The notes under the pieces: model-generated | Told to the model about the DNA's origin: nothing | The model's database searches: none | What the model saw: only the letters and a program-made list of their open reading frames with translations | NCBI GenBank assembly: GCA_040752415.1 | Contig: JBFMGU010000057.1 | Location: 1 to 47,094, forward strand | Direction: 5' to 3' | DNA: 47,094 bases | From: Myxococcota bacterium | Lineage (GTDB): Bacteria > Myxococcota > JACRCW01 | Program-made: the position numbers and the translations under genes | Part shown: positions 10,271 to 18,367 of the stretch, one piece after another | Layout: each line of letters opens with the position of its first letter | Position numbering within the stretch: the stretch's first letter is position 1

Positions 10271-11254
10271 TCAGTAGCGCAGCACCGCCGAGCCCCAGGT
10301 CATCCCCGAGCCCATGCCGGCAAACACCACGGTGTGACCCGGCTTGAGCCGCCCGGCGCGCGTGGCGTCGAGCCAGGCCAGTGGAATGGAGCCCGCGCCG
10401 GTGTTGCCGATCATCTCGATGTTGCACACCACGCGCTCGAGCGGGATCCCGGTGCGCTCCGCCATGGCCCGCACAATGCGCGCGTTGGCCTGGTGCGGAA
10501 TAATCAGGTCCACGTCTTCCGTCGTCACGCGTGCCGCGTCACAGGCCTCGCGCACGATCATCTCCAGCGCGCGCACGGCCAGGCGGTACACCTCCCGCCC
10601 CTGCATCTTCATGTACTGGCGGCCCTCGCCCACGTTGTTCTCACGCAGCGGCTCGCGGCTCCCGCCCGCCGGCACCGTGATGAGGTCCCAACGCGTCCCG
10701 TCGGCGCGGATCATGCTGGAGAGCACACCCGGGCCGTCGGCGGGGCCGGCCACGCAGACCAGGGCGCCCGCGCCGTCGCCAAAGAGCACGCTGACGTTGC
10801 GGTCCTTCTCATCCACCACCGACGACATCTTGTCCGCGCCGATGAGGAGCACCTTCTGGTGCAGCCCGCTCTCCACCATGCCGCGCACCACGTGGAGCCC
10901 GTAGACGAAGCCGGCGCAGACCGCGTTGACGTCGAAGGCCGCGGCCCGGGTGGCCCCCAGCGCGCCCTGGACGATGGCGGCGGTGGAGGGCATGGCCATG
11001 TCCGGGGTGCAGGTGCACACCACGATGAGATCCAGCTCCTCCGCGGTCAGCCCGGCGTCCTTGAGCGCGGCGCGGGCGGCGCGGATGGCCATGTCGCTGG
11101 TGGCCTCTTGGGGGGCGGCAATGCGGCGCTCCCGGACGCCCGTGCGCTCGACGATCCATTCGTCGGTGGTTTCCACGCGCGCCGCGAGCTCGGCATTGGT
11201 CAGCCGCCGCTCCGGCACATAGCCACCCACCCCTGCAATCCGGGTCCGCACCAT
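10271..11254 (-). CDS. fabH: Beta-ketoacyl-ACP synthase III
   Basis: Catalytic Cys/His/Asn motifs AVCAGF, PHQAN and GNTGA, plus WIVERTG and LFGDGAGA. Confidence 0.93.
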   Translation of the reverse strand: MVRTRIAGVGGYVPERRLTNAELAARVETTDEWIVERTGVRERRIAAPQEATSDMAIRAARAALKDAGLTAEELDLIVVCTCTPDMAMPSTAAIVQGALGATRAAAFDVNAVCAGFVYGLHVVRGMVESGLHQKVLLIGADKMSSVVDEKDRNVSVLFGDGAGALVCVAGPADGPGVLSSMIRADGTRWDLITVPAGGSREPLRENNVGEGRQYMKMQGREVYRLAVRALEMIVREACDAARVTTEDVDLIIPHQANARIVRAMAERTGIPLERVVCNIEMIGNTGAGSIPLAWLDATRAGRLKPGHTVVFAGMGSGMTWGSAVLRY

Positions 11255-11324
11255 GTTCAGTCCGCGTGCATAAGGGTCGCCCGGATCCTTGTCCACCTTC
11301 CCTGGGCCCGACGTCAGCCAGGCC

Positions 11325-11400
11325 CCAAACGCAAAGGGCCCCGCCGCAGCGGAGCCCTTGCGTTCAGCAGCACACCGCAGGAGAGCTGCGGCGTGGGCTG
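11325..11400 (-). terminator. Intrinsic terminator with tandem hairpins after the HU gene
   Basis: Minus strand: hairpin CACGCCGCAG/CTGCGGTGTG, then AACGCAAGGGCTCCGC/GCGGGGCCCTTTGCGTT ending in a T-rich tail. Confidence 0.65.
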
Positions 11401-11408
11401 GCTTCAGA

Positions 11409-11684
11409 TCACAGCGTGTCCTTGAGGGACTTGGCCGGACGGAAGCCGATGGTCTTGCTCTTCTTGATCTGGATGGTGGCGCCGGTCTGGGGGTTGCGGC
11501 CGGTGCGGGCCTTGCGCTCACGCAGGGAGAAGGTGCCGAAGCCCGGGTACGTGAACTTCTTCTCCTTCTTCACGGTCTTGGCCACCACGTCGAAGACCGC
11601 GTCCACCAGCTCGGTGGCGGCCTTCTTGGTCAGGTTGCCGTCCTGGTTCTTCATCACAGCCTCAATCAGCTCCATCTTGGTCAT
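11409..11684 (-). CDS. hup: HU family DNA-binding protein
   Basis: MTKMELIEAV...GFGTF...RKARTGRNPQTG...F.PAKSLK; RBS AAGGGAG upstream. Confidence 0.95.
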   Translation of the reverse strand: MTKMELIEAVMKNQDGNLTKKAATELVDAVFDVVAKTVKKEKKFTYPGFGTFSLRERKARTGRNPQTGATIQIKKSKTIGFRPAKSLKDTL

Positions 11685-11834
11685 GGGGATACTCCCTTGT
11701 TGGAAAATCCGCCGCGCCTTGCGGACGGACGTTGGTTGCCTGTTGCAGGCCGGTCTTTCGCGCTTCCCCGAGGCCCGAGCCGTTTCCACCTTGGAAAGTC
11801 GGCCTCTTTGTGGGGTCAGCGTGAACGGGGGCGC

Positions 11835-11863
11835 ACTCTGGGCGGCCCTGCCCACCCTGTCAA
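11835..11863 (-). promoter_or_regulatory. Sigma70-type promoter of the HU gene
   Basis: Minus strand TTGACA-N17-CAGAGT, implying a ~145-nt leader that contains a hairpin (11770-11806). Confidence 0.55.
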
Positions 11864-12134
11864 CGCGTTCTCGGCGTCACGACGCGGGGTTTCCAACCAC
11901 GCAGCCAAAACTCCCATTCCCCACGCATACTTTCCGGGTGCACCCTCAAACGGATAGCGGTTCAGATTCAAGCAGTTACATGACAATATGTGACGTTATC
12001 TGTCAGGTCACGGTCCTGACGCGCCGCGTCATCATGGGCAGAATCCCCCGAACGATCCCGACGGGATCCGCAGGGTTGGACGCGCGGCCGCATGCCGGTA
12101 AGGAGGCACGCGAGTTGTCGCTGAGGAGCTGCAC

Positions 12135-12494
12135 ATGACCGACGAGAATCGCGTGTTTCCCGACGCACGGCCGAGCCCGTGGGGCTTCCTGGAGATCACT
12201 CCCGCGGACCTGCAGGCGCAGCGCGGGAAGGTGCTCATCATCGACGTGCGGGAGCCCCCCGAATACACGGGCGAGCTGGGACACGTGGCGGGGAGCCAGC
12301 TGGTGCCGCTGAGCGGGTGGCCGGCGGCCGCGGCGAGCCTGGACCGGAGCAAGCCGATGGTCTGCGTGTGTCGCAGCGGGAAGCGCAGCGCGCAGGCGGC
12401 GGCGCACCTGATCCAGTCGGGCGCGCGCGAGGTCTACAACCTGATGGGCGGGATGATGGGCTGGGCGGACCACAAGCTGCCCGTGGAGCGCTGA
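12135..12494 (+). CDS. Single-domain rhodanese
   Basis: IIDVREPPEY, GHVAG, active-site CRSGKRS, NLMGGMMGW; RBS GAGGAG. Confidence 0.92.
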   Translation: MTDENRVFPDARPSPWGFLEITPADLQAQRGKVLIIDVREPPEYTGELGHVAGSQLVPLSGWPAAAASLDRSKPMVCVCRSGKRSAQAAAHLIQSGAREVYNLMGGMMGWADHKLPVER

Positions 12495-12505
12495 GCGGGC
12501 CGCAC

Positions 12506-13852
12506 ATGGGTCGTGGAGCGTCGGGCCCCCGGCGACGGGCCCCCGCGGGCACCGAGCGCCCCTGGCCCCAGGATGTCATGCAGGTGGCCCGCGAGGCATT
12601 GCGACGCTCCCGTCGGGAAGACGGCGACGCGGGCCACGCCGCGCGCCTGGTGCTGAACTCCCGCGCCCTGCACAGCCGACAGCGCCGCGCCGCGGGAGAC
12701 ATCCTGTTCGCGCTGGCTCGCCTGGGTGCCCGGCTGGACGCGCGCATCCGTCACGCGCAGGAGCGCGGGGCCGTCCCCGGCCGGCTGGACCAGGACGAGC
12801 GCGACGCGTGGCGCCTGGCGGCGTACCTGGTGGCGGAGTCGGGACGGAGCGTTGACGACGTGGGACGCGCGCTGTCCCTGGACCGCTCCGCGCTCACCGC
12901 GCTGGCGGACCCGCACTACCTGGATGCGCTCTCCGGCGCGGAGCGGCTCACCGTCGAGCAGGCCATGCCGCGCTGGCTGGTGGAGCGCCTGGTCTCCGAG
13001 CGGGGCGAGGCGGAGGCGCGCGCGGCGCTGGAGGCGCTGAACCAACGGGCCCCGCTCACGTTGCGTTCCTCCGTGCCGCGGGAGGCGTTGCTGGAGGAGC
13101 TGCGCAAGCTGGGCGTGCCGGCGGAGCCCACGCGCTACAGCCCGGTGGGCGTGCACCTGCTGCGACACATCAACGTGAAAGCGCTGGAGCCCTACCGCGC
13201 CGGTCGCTGCGAGGTGCAGGACGAGGGGAGCCAGCTCATTGCGCTCGCAGTGCATCCGCGGCCGGGGGAGCTCCTCGTCGACGCGTGCGCGGGCGCGGGC
13301 GGGAAGGCCCTGGCGTTGTGCGCGCTGGAGCCACGCGCGGAGGTGGTGGCCATTGAGCCGGAAGGTGGTCGGCTGGCGGGGCTGCGGGAGCGCGCGCGGA
13401 GGGCCGGAGTGCGCATCAAGGGCATCCACGCCGGCGTGGGCGACCCGGCCACCGCGCCGCTGCTCGGTCGCGCGGACGCCGTGCTCGTCGACGCACCGTG
13501 CAGCGGCACGGGGACGCTGCGTCGGGAGCCGGAGAACCGGTGGCGTTATGGGCCGGAGGACGTGGCGCGCTTTGCCGAGACGCAGTGGCGTATTGCCGTC
13601 GACGCGGTGGGAATGCTGAAGCCCGGCGGGCGACTCATCTACGCCACCTGCAGCCTGCTCTCCGAAGAGAACGAGACCATCGTCCGCAAGCTGGGCGAGC
13701 TTCCCACGCTGCAGCCGGTGCCGCTCGTCGAGCTGCTGCCGGAGGGCGTGGCGCGGGATGCCGGCGCGGAGGGGAACATGCTGCGCCTGTGGCCCCACCG
13801 GCACGGCACCGACGGGTTCTTCATGGCCGCGTTCCGGCGACGTGAGAGCTGA
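12506..13852 (+). CDS. RsmB/NOL1/NOP2/Sun family RNA m5C methyltransferase
   Basis: QDEGSQL, DACAGAGGKA, LVDAPCSGTG, YATCS, TDGFF; start codon uncertain. Confidence 0.9.
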   Translation: MGRGASGPRRRAPAGTERPWPQDVMQVAREALRRSRREDGDAGHAARLVLNSRALHSRQRRAAGDILFALARLGARLDARIRHAQERGAVPGRLDQDERDAWRLAAYLVAESGRSVDDVGRALSLDRSALTALADPHYLDALSGAERLTVEQAMPRWLVERLVSERGEAEARAALEALNQRAPLTLRSSVPREALLEELRKLGVPAEPTRYSPVGVHLLRHINVKALEPYRAGRCEVQDEGSQLIALAVHPRPGELLVDACAGAGGKALALCALEPRAEVVAIEPEGGRLAGLRERARRAGVRIKGIHAGVGDPATAPLLGRADAVLVDAPCSGTGTLRREPENRWRYGPEDVARFAETQWRIAVDAVGMLKPGGRLIYATCSLLSEENETIVRKLGELPTLQPVPLVELLPEGVARDAGAEGNMLRLWPHRHGTDGFFMAAFRRRES

Positions 13853-13962
13853 TTCCGGAGGGGGAGCTCGTTGCCCGTCGGAGCAGGCACGAATGTCTGC
13901 CGGTTGGGCGGCGTTCTCGTCGTGGAATGGCGCGTTTCGCGCGCGTCGTCTCAGCCGACAAG

Positions 13963-14276
13963 TGGGTCATTCCGGCCCACCGGGCCCGCGAGCGCCACCG
14001 GACTCGCGGGACACGCGGCGCTCGCTCTCGGACTGCGGTGCAAGCGCCCTCCCGTCGCCGGCGAGACAGTGGGGGCGCGCAGCACCGCCTTGGACGGGCT
14101 GGCCGGTTGCCCCGCTGGGCCCTCCCGGAATCCACGACAACGGATGCAAAGCGGTGCTGCGCGCCCCCACTGTCTCGCCGGCGACGGGAGGGCGCTTGCA
14201 CCGCAGTCCGAGAGCGAGCGCCGCGTGTCCCGCGAGTCCGGTGGCGCTCGCGGGCCCGGCGGGCCGGAATGACCCA
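13963..14276. repeat. Long inverted repeat (126-bp arms, 62-bp spacer)
   Basis: 13963-14088 is the reverse complement of 14151-14276 with one mismatch seen; lies between convergent genes. Confidence 0.95.
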
Positions 14277-14390
14277 TTCGACGGCCGAGACGCGCGGAAC
14301 GCGACAAACTACGAGAACCGAACCGCCAGATTACGAGTCGCCGCGCCCAGGTAAGAGACATGGGCCCAGACGACCCAATCTCGCCGAGGC

Positions 14391-15554
14391 TCAGGGGCGC
14401 GGCTGGCAGAGCCCGTAGGGCACGCCGCAGCGACGTCCCATGTCGAACGCGGGCAGCGGTCCCACGCACTGTTCGCCGGCGTCGCGGTCGCAGTCGGAGG
14501 GCTCGTCGCAGCCCGCGTCCGGGGAGCGCACGTGGAAGAGCGCCTGCGCGTCGTCCACGCAGTCAAAGCCGCCGGGGCAGTTGTGCGTCTCGCCCGTCGA
14601 AGGATCCACGCAGATGGCCACGCACAGACCCGCCACCTCACCACCCGCGCCCTGGAAGCAGTAGACCGGCGCGCCCGCGTCGCGGTCGGGGACGCAGTAG
14701 CGCTGCGTGCTGCCCGGGTCGCACGTGCTCTCCGCGGGCCAGCGTGAGGGCTCGTCCAGCAGCGCCGGATCCGAGGGCGCCGAGGGAGTCCCACACACGC
14801 CCGCCGCCCGCGCGCACACCCCACCACCCGACGTGGTCACGCACGCGTATGGCTCCGTGCAGGGACACGCCCCGCCGTCCAGACCGCCGTCCGCCCCCGC
14901 CGCGCACGCCGCCGGCTCACACGCCACCGCCGCCCCACCCTGCAGCTCCATCTCCCCCGTGCTGCTCGGGAGACACGACTCGCCCGTGGGACACACCCCG
15001 CTGTCGACGTCGCTGCCCAGGGAGCACGGCAGCTGACAGGTGTAGGCCAGCACCGCGTTGGCCTCGGCACGCGCCGGCTGGCAGCGCAGACCGCCGTCCA
15101 GAATGCAGGAACGCGTCTCACAGCGCTCCCCGCGACCCACCACCGTCAGGCAGTAGCTCCCCGGAACCAGCGACTCACACTGCTGCGTGCTCGCGCACCC
15201 GCCGCTGCACGGCCGCAGACAACGACGCTCCCGCGAGCTCACCGTCACACAGTCCGTCCCGGTGACGCAGCCGAGCTCCAGGCAGCTCTCCCCCTCGCCC
15301 GCCCGCGCCACGCCCGCGTCATCAAAGAAGCCCGCGGCGTCAAACGCGCCCGGCGTCAGCGGGTTCACCGCGCCCGGCCCGGCGTCCTGGGTCAGCCCCG
15401 GGATGTCAAAGGGCAGCCAGCCCAGCAGGTCGTCCAGGTCGCAGCCCTCACAGCTGGCCAGCAGCAGGCACAACGCCCCCGCAAGCCGACGCACCGAGGC
15501 CGCGCGGCGGGAGTGGGAATCTGCGGGTGACGTCGGAGGGGAGGCGTAGGACAT
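14391..15554 (-). CDS. Cys-rich putative lipoprotein, paralogue of 15681-17123
   Basis: Hydrophobic stretch ending LLASC, more than 30 Cys, several DAG/DGG motifs; start uncertain. Confidence 0.8.
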   Translation of the reverse strand: MSYASPPTSPADSHSRRAASVRRLAGALCLLLASCEGCDLDDLLGWLPFDIPGLTQDAGPGAVNPLTPGAFDAAGFFDDAGVARAGEGESCLELGCVTGTDCVTVSSRERRCLRPCSGGCASTQQCESLVPGSYCLTVVGRGERCETRSCILDGGLRCQPARAEANAVLAYTCQLPCSLGSDVDSGVCPTGESCLPSSTGEMELQGGAAVACEPAACAAGADGGLDGGACPCTEPYACVTTSGGGVCARAAGVCGTPSAPSDPALLDEPSRWPAESTCDPGSTQRYCVPDRDAGAPVYCFQGAGGEVAGLCVAICVDPSTGETHNCPGGFDCVDDAQALFHVRSPDAGCDEPSDCDRDAGEQCVGPLPAFDMGRRCGVPYGLCQPRP

Positions 15555-15564
15555 GGGTGCGCTG

Positions 15565-15607
15565 AAAAGAAGAAGGGCCGGCGAGGCTTAGGTGACCCCG
15601 CCGGCCC
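15565..15607 (-). terminator. Intrinsic terminator
   Basis: GGGCCGGCG...CGCCGGCCC stem followed on the minus strand by TTCTTCTTTT. Confidence 0.7.
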
Positions 15608-15680
15608 GTTCAAGTGTTGCTGAGGCTCACCGGGATGGGTCCGCCCAACCAGGCGCGGACCCACCGGTCAGCACGCCGTC

Positions 15681-17123
15681 TCAGCCACCGCTGCTGCTGG
15701 TGCTGCTGCTGGCGCTGCTGGAGGTGCTGCTGGACGCGCTGCTGCTGGTGCTCGCCGCCCCGGAGCTGCTGCTCGAGCTGCTGGTGCTGCTGGAGCTGGA
15801 GCTGGAGGACGTGCTGGCCGAGCTGCTGCTGGTGCTGGCGCTGGTGCTGGTGCTGGTCCCGCCGGTGCTGCTGCTGCTGGAGGACGTGCTCGTGCCACCC
15901 GTGCTGCTGCTGGAGGACGTGCTCGTGCCACCGCTGCTGGAGCTGCTGGAGGAGCTGCTGCTGGCCGGAGCGGTGCCCGGCTGGCAGGCGCCGAACGGAC
16001 GCACGCAGACCTTGTTGTTGCCGGTGTCCTGGAACGGACCGCGGCACAGCTGGCCCTCGGCGCAGCCGGAGTCATCCGTGCAGACCACCTGCGGAGACAC
16101 GAGCGAGAAGAACTGCTCGAGGTCGCAGAAGTGCTCGGCCGGGCAGTCGTAGTTCACGAAGCCACCGGCGGTGAGCGGGATCTGGCAGAGCACCAGGCAG
16201 ATGCCGGCGGCCGGAGCGTCCTGGAAGAGCGCGTAGCACTCCACCTGCGGCGGACGGTCCAGGTCGTCGTAGTGACGGCAGAAGCGGCTGCCCTCGAGGA
16301 GCACGTTGCCCTGGTCGTCGGTCAGCTGCGGGCCGGGGTTGCAGATGTAGTCCGGACCCTCGGGCACCTCACGCTGGCCACCGTCGGGCAGGGGCTGGAA
16401 GTTGGCGATGTCCACCGGGGTGCCGCAGGCGGCCACCGGGCGGGAGCACAGCGCGCCGTTGCTCAGCTCATTGCAGGCGAAGCCCTCACCGCAGGTGTTG
16501 CCCGCGTCGGGGTTGCACTGCACGCCGTTGGGCGGATCCTGGATCACGAAGTAGCCGGGGGTGGAGGGCAGGCAGGAGGTGCCGCCCGTGCACTCGCTGC
16601 CCGTGCCGCCGTAGGCGCAGGACACGTGGCACGCCGCCGCCTCGGGGTTGGGCTGCTGCTGGTCGTCCAGACCGCCCACCTGGCACTCCAGGCCGGGGCC
16701 GCAGTCGTCGGTGTTGAGGTCGCAGAGCTCATCCTGGCCCTTGGTGGTCTTGCAGTAGGTGCCCTCGTCGGGGATGTCCACGCACAGCTGCGTGGCGGCG
16801 CAGGTGCTCTGCTCACCCGCGGTCTCGCAGGGCTTCAGGCACTGGCTGGCAATGCACTCCAGGCCGCAGGCGCACTGCGCCGTGGAGTTGCAGGGACGCT
16901 CCTCCTGGCGGGAGCCGCACTGGGCGCTGCTGCTGGAGCCGCCGGTGCTGCTGCTGCTGGAGGTGCTGGTGCTACCGCCGCTGGTGCTGCTGGAGGTGCT
17001 GGTGCTCGTGCCGTTGCCACCGGGAGGCGTACAGCCGCCCAGCACCATGGCTCCGACGCCGACCGTCAAAACCGCGCCAAGTGTGAATCTCATCTCAAAC
17101 CTCGTTCTCATGGAGCCATCCAT
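15681..17123 (-). CDS. Cys-rich lipoprotein with Ser/Thr-rich N-linker and C-terminal tail
   Basis: Lipobox MVLGGC, Cys-rich core, S/T/G low-complexity flanks. The start may instead be 17111. Confidence 0.85.
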   Translation of the reverse strand: MDGSMRTRFEMRFTLGAVLTVGVGAMVLGGCTPPGGNGTSTSTSSSTSGGSTSTSSSSSTGGSSSSAQCGSRQEERPCNSTAQCACGLECIASQCLKPCETAGEQSTCAATQLCVDIPDEGTYCKTTKGQDELCDLNTDDCGPGLECQVGGLDDQQQPNPEAAACHVSCAYGGTGSECTGGTSCLPSTPGYFVIQDPPNGVQCNPDAGNTCGEGFACNELSNGALCSRPVAACGTPVDIANFQPLPDGGQREVPEGPDYICNPGPQLTDDQGNVLLEGSRFCRHYDDLDRPPQVECYALFQDAPAAGICLVLCQIPLTAGGFVNYDCPAEHFCDLEQFFSLVSPQVVCTDDSGCAEGQLCRGPFQDTGNNKVCVRPFGACQPGTAPASSSSSSSSSSGGTSTSSSSSTGGTSTSSSSSSTGGTSTSTSASTSSSSASTSSSSSSSSTSSSSSSSGAASTSSSASSSTSSSASSSTSSSGG

Positions 17124-17199
17124 CCCGGCGGCTCACGCGTTGTGCTGCAGTCCACGCCCGCCGGGATTCCCGACTCGAGCGCAAGCGAAAGGGCGCGCG

Positions 17200-17228
17200 A
17201 ACCTAGAGCACGCCTTCCTGCGTGTCAA
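17200..17228 (-). promoter_or_regulatory. Sigma70-type promoter for the Cys-rich lipoprotein gene
   Basis: Minus strand TTGACA-N17-TAGGTT, about 75 bp upstream of the start. Confidence 0.65.
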
Positions 17229-17367
17229 AGTGACCCCCAGCATGTGCGCGCCCTCACAACCCGCATCGGTCAAAAGGAGGATGCCGGGTGGTGGGATGGT
17301 GGCGGCCGGGTGGGTCCTCCAAGCTGTGCTAGAGCGCGTGCACCACTGAGTGAGGAGGCAGACCCGC

Positions 17368-18357
17368 ATGGCCATGCGCTTGGTGCTGGCGCAGAAGGAC
17401 GTCACCGCGCGACACGCCCTGGCCGCGGAGCTGGAGGCCGCGGGCCACAACGTCAAGGAGGCGGATGACCTGGAGGCGCTGATGGCGCACCTGAAGGTCT
17501 CCCTGCCGCCGGAGGCGGTGCTGGTGGACGTGTCCCTGCCTGGCGCCCACGGCGCGGCGCTGGTGAACCGGCTGCTGGCGGCGGTGCCGGGGCTGGCGGT
17601 GCTGGTGGCCTACCATCCTTCCGAGCACTCCGAGGCGGTGGCGTGCCTGAAGGCGGGCGCGCTGGAGGCGTTCCTCAACCCCGTGCTGGCCGACGAGCTG
17701 CACCTGCGTCTTCCCCGGGCGCGTGTGTTTGCGCGGGTGCTGGGCGGCGCGGAGGCGCACACGGCCTTGCAGGCGCGCGTGGAGGAGCTGCAGCGACAGC
17801 TTGCCGAGACCAGCCTGGAGCTGACGCGGGCGCAGGCGGGGCGCGCGGCCGCGGAGAGCGCGCTGTTGCGACTGGCGGTGGCCGACCCGCTCACCGGGCT
17901 GTTCAACCGGCGCGTGTTTGAGGAGCGGCTGCACGCCGAGCACCAACGCGCGCGCCGGTTTGCGCGACCGCTCTCCCTGGTGGTGCTGGACGTGGATCAC
18001 GCCGACCGCGTGGAGAAGGCCTTTGGCAGCATGGTGCTGCAGCAGGCGCTCAAGGAGATGGGTCGCTACCTGCGGGATGGGACGCGGGAGACGGACTTCG
18101 TGGCGCGGATTGACGACGACGCGTTTGCCGTGCTTCTCCCCGAGACGCCGCACACGGGCGGGCGGGAGCTGGCCAACAGCCTCCGTCGGGCGCTGGGGAG
18201 CGCGAGCTACCCGGAGGCGGGGCGCGTCACGGTGAGCCTGGGCGTGGCGTCGCTGGAGACGCACGCGTCGTCGGAGAGCGCGGAGGGATTGTTCCTGCGG
18301 GCCATGGAGGCGCTGCGCAAGGCCAAGGAAGCCGGCCGGGATCGCGTGGAGGGTTGA
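17368..18357 (+). CDS. Receiver + coiled coil + degenerate GGDEF domain protein
   Basis: LVDVSLPG receiver, DPLTGLFNRR, LDVD, I-site RETD; the active site reads IDDDAF instead of GG[DE]EF. Confidence 0.9.
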   Translation: MAMRLVLAQKDVTARHALAAELEAAGHNVKEADDLEALMAHLKVSLPPEAVLVDVSLPGAHGAALVNRLLAAVPGLAVLVAYHPSEHSEAVACLKAGALEAFLNPVLADELHLRLPRARVFARVLGGAEAHTALQARVEELQRQLAETSLELTRAQAGRAAAESALLRLAVADPLTGLFNRRVFEERLHAEHQRARRFARPLSLVVLDVDHADRVEKAFGSMVLQQALKEMGRYLRDGTRETDFVARIDDDAFAVLLPETPHTGGRELANSLRRALGSASYPEAGRVTVSLGVASLETHASSESAEGLFLRAMEALRKAKEAGRDRVEG

Positions 18358-18367
18358 GGCCGTTCCC

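Noticed and set aside
13821..14469. ORFs spanning the large palindrome
   Set aside because: The same peptides appear on both strands because of the inverted repeat; there is no transposase or other motif.
15592..16174. Poly-Leu, poly-Cys/Trp and poly-Gln ORFs
   Set aside because: These are alternative frames of the Ser-rich (AGC)n tail of 15681-17123.
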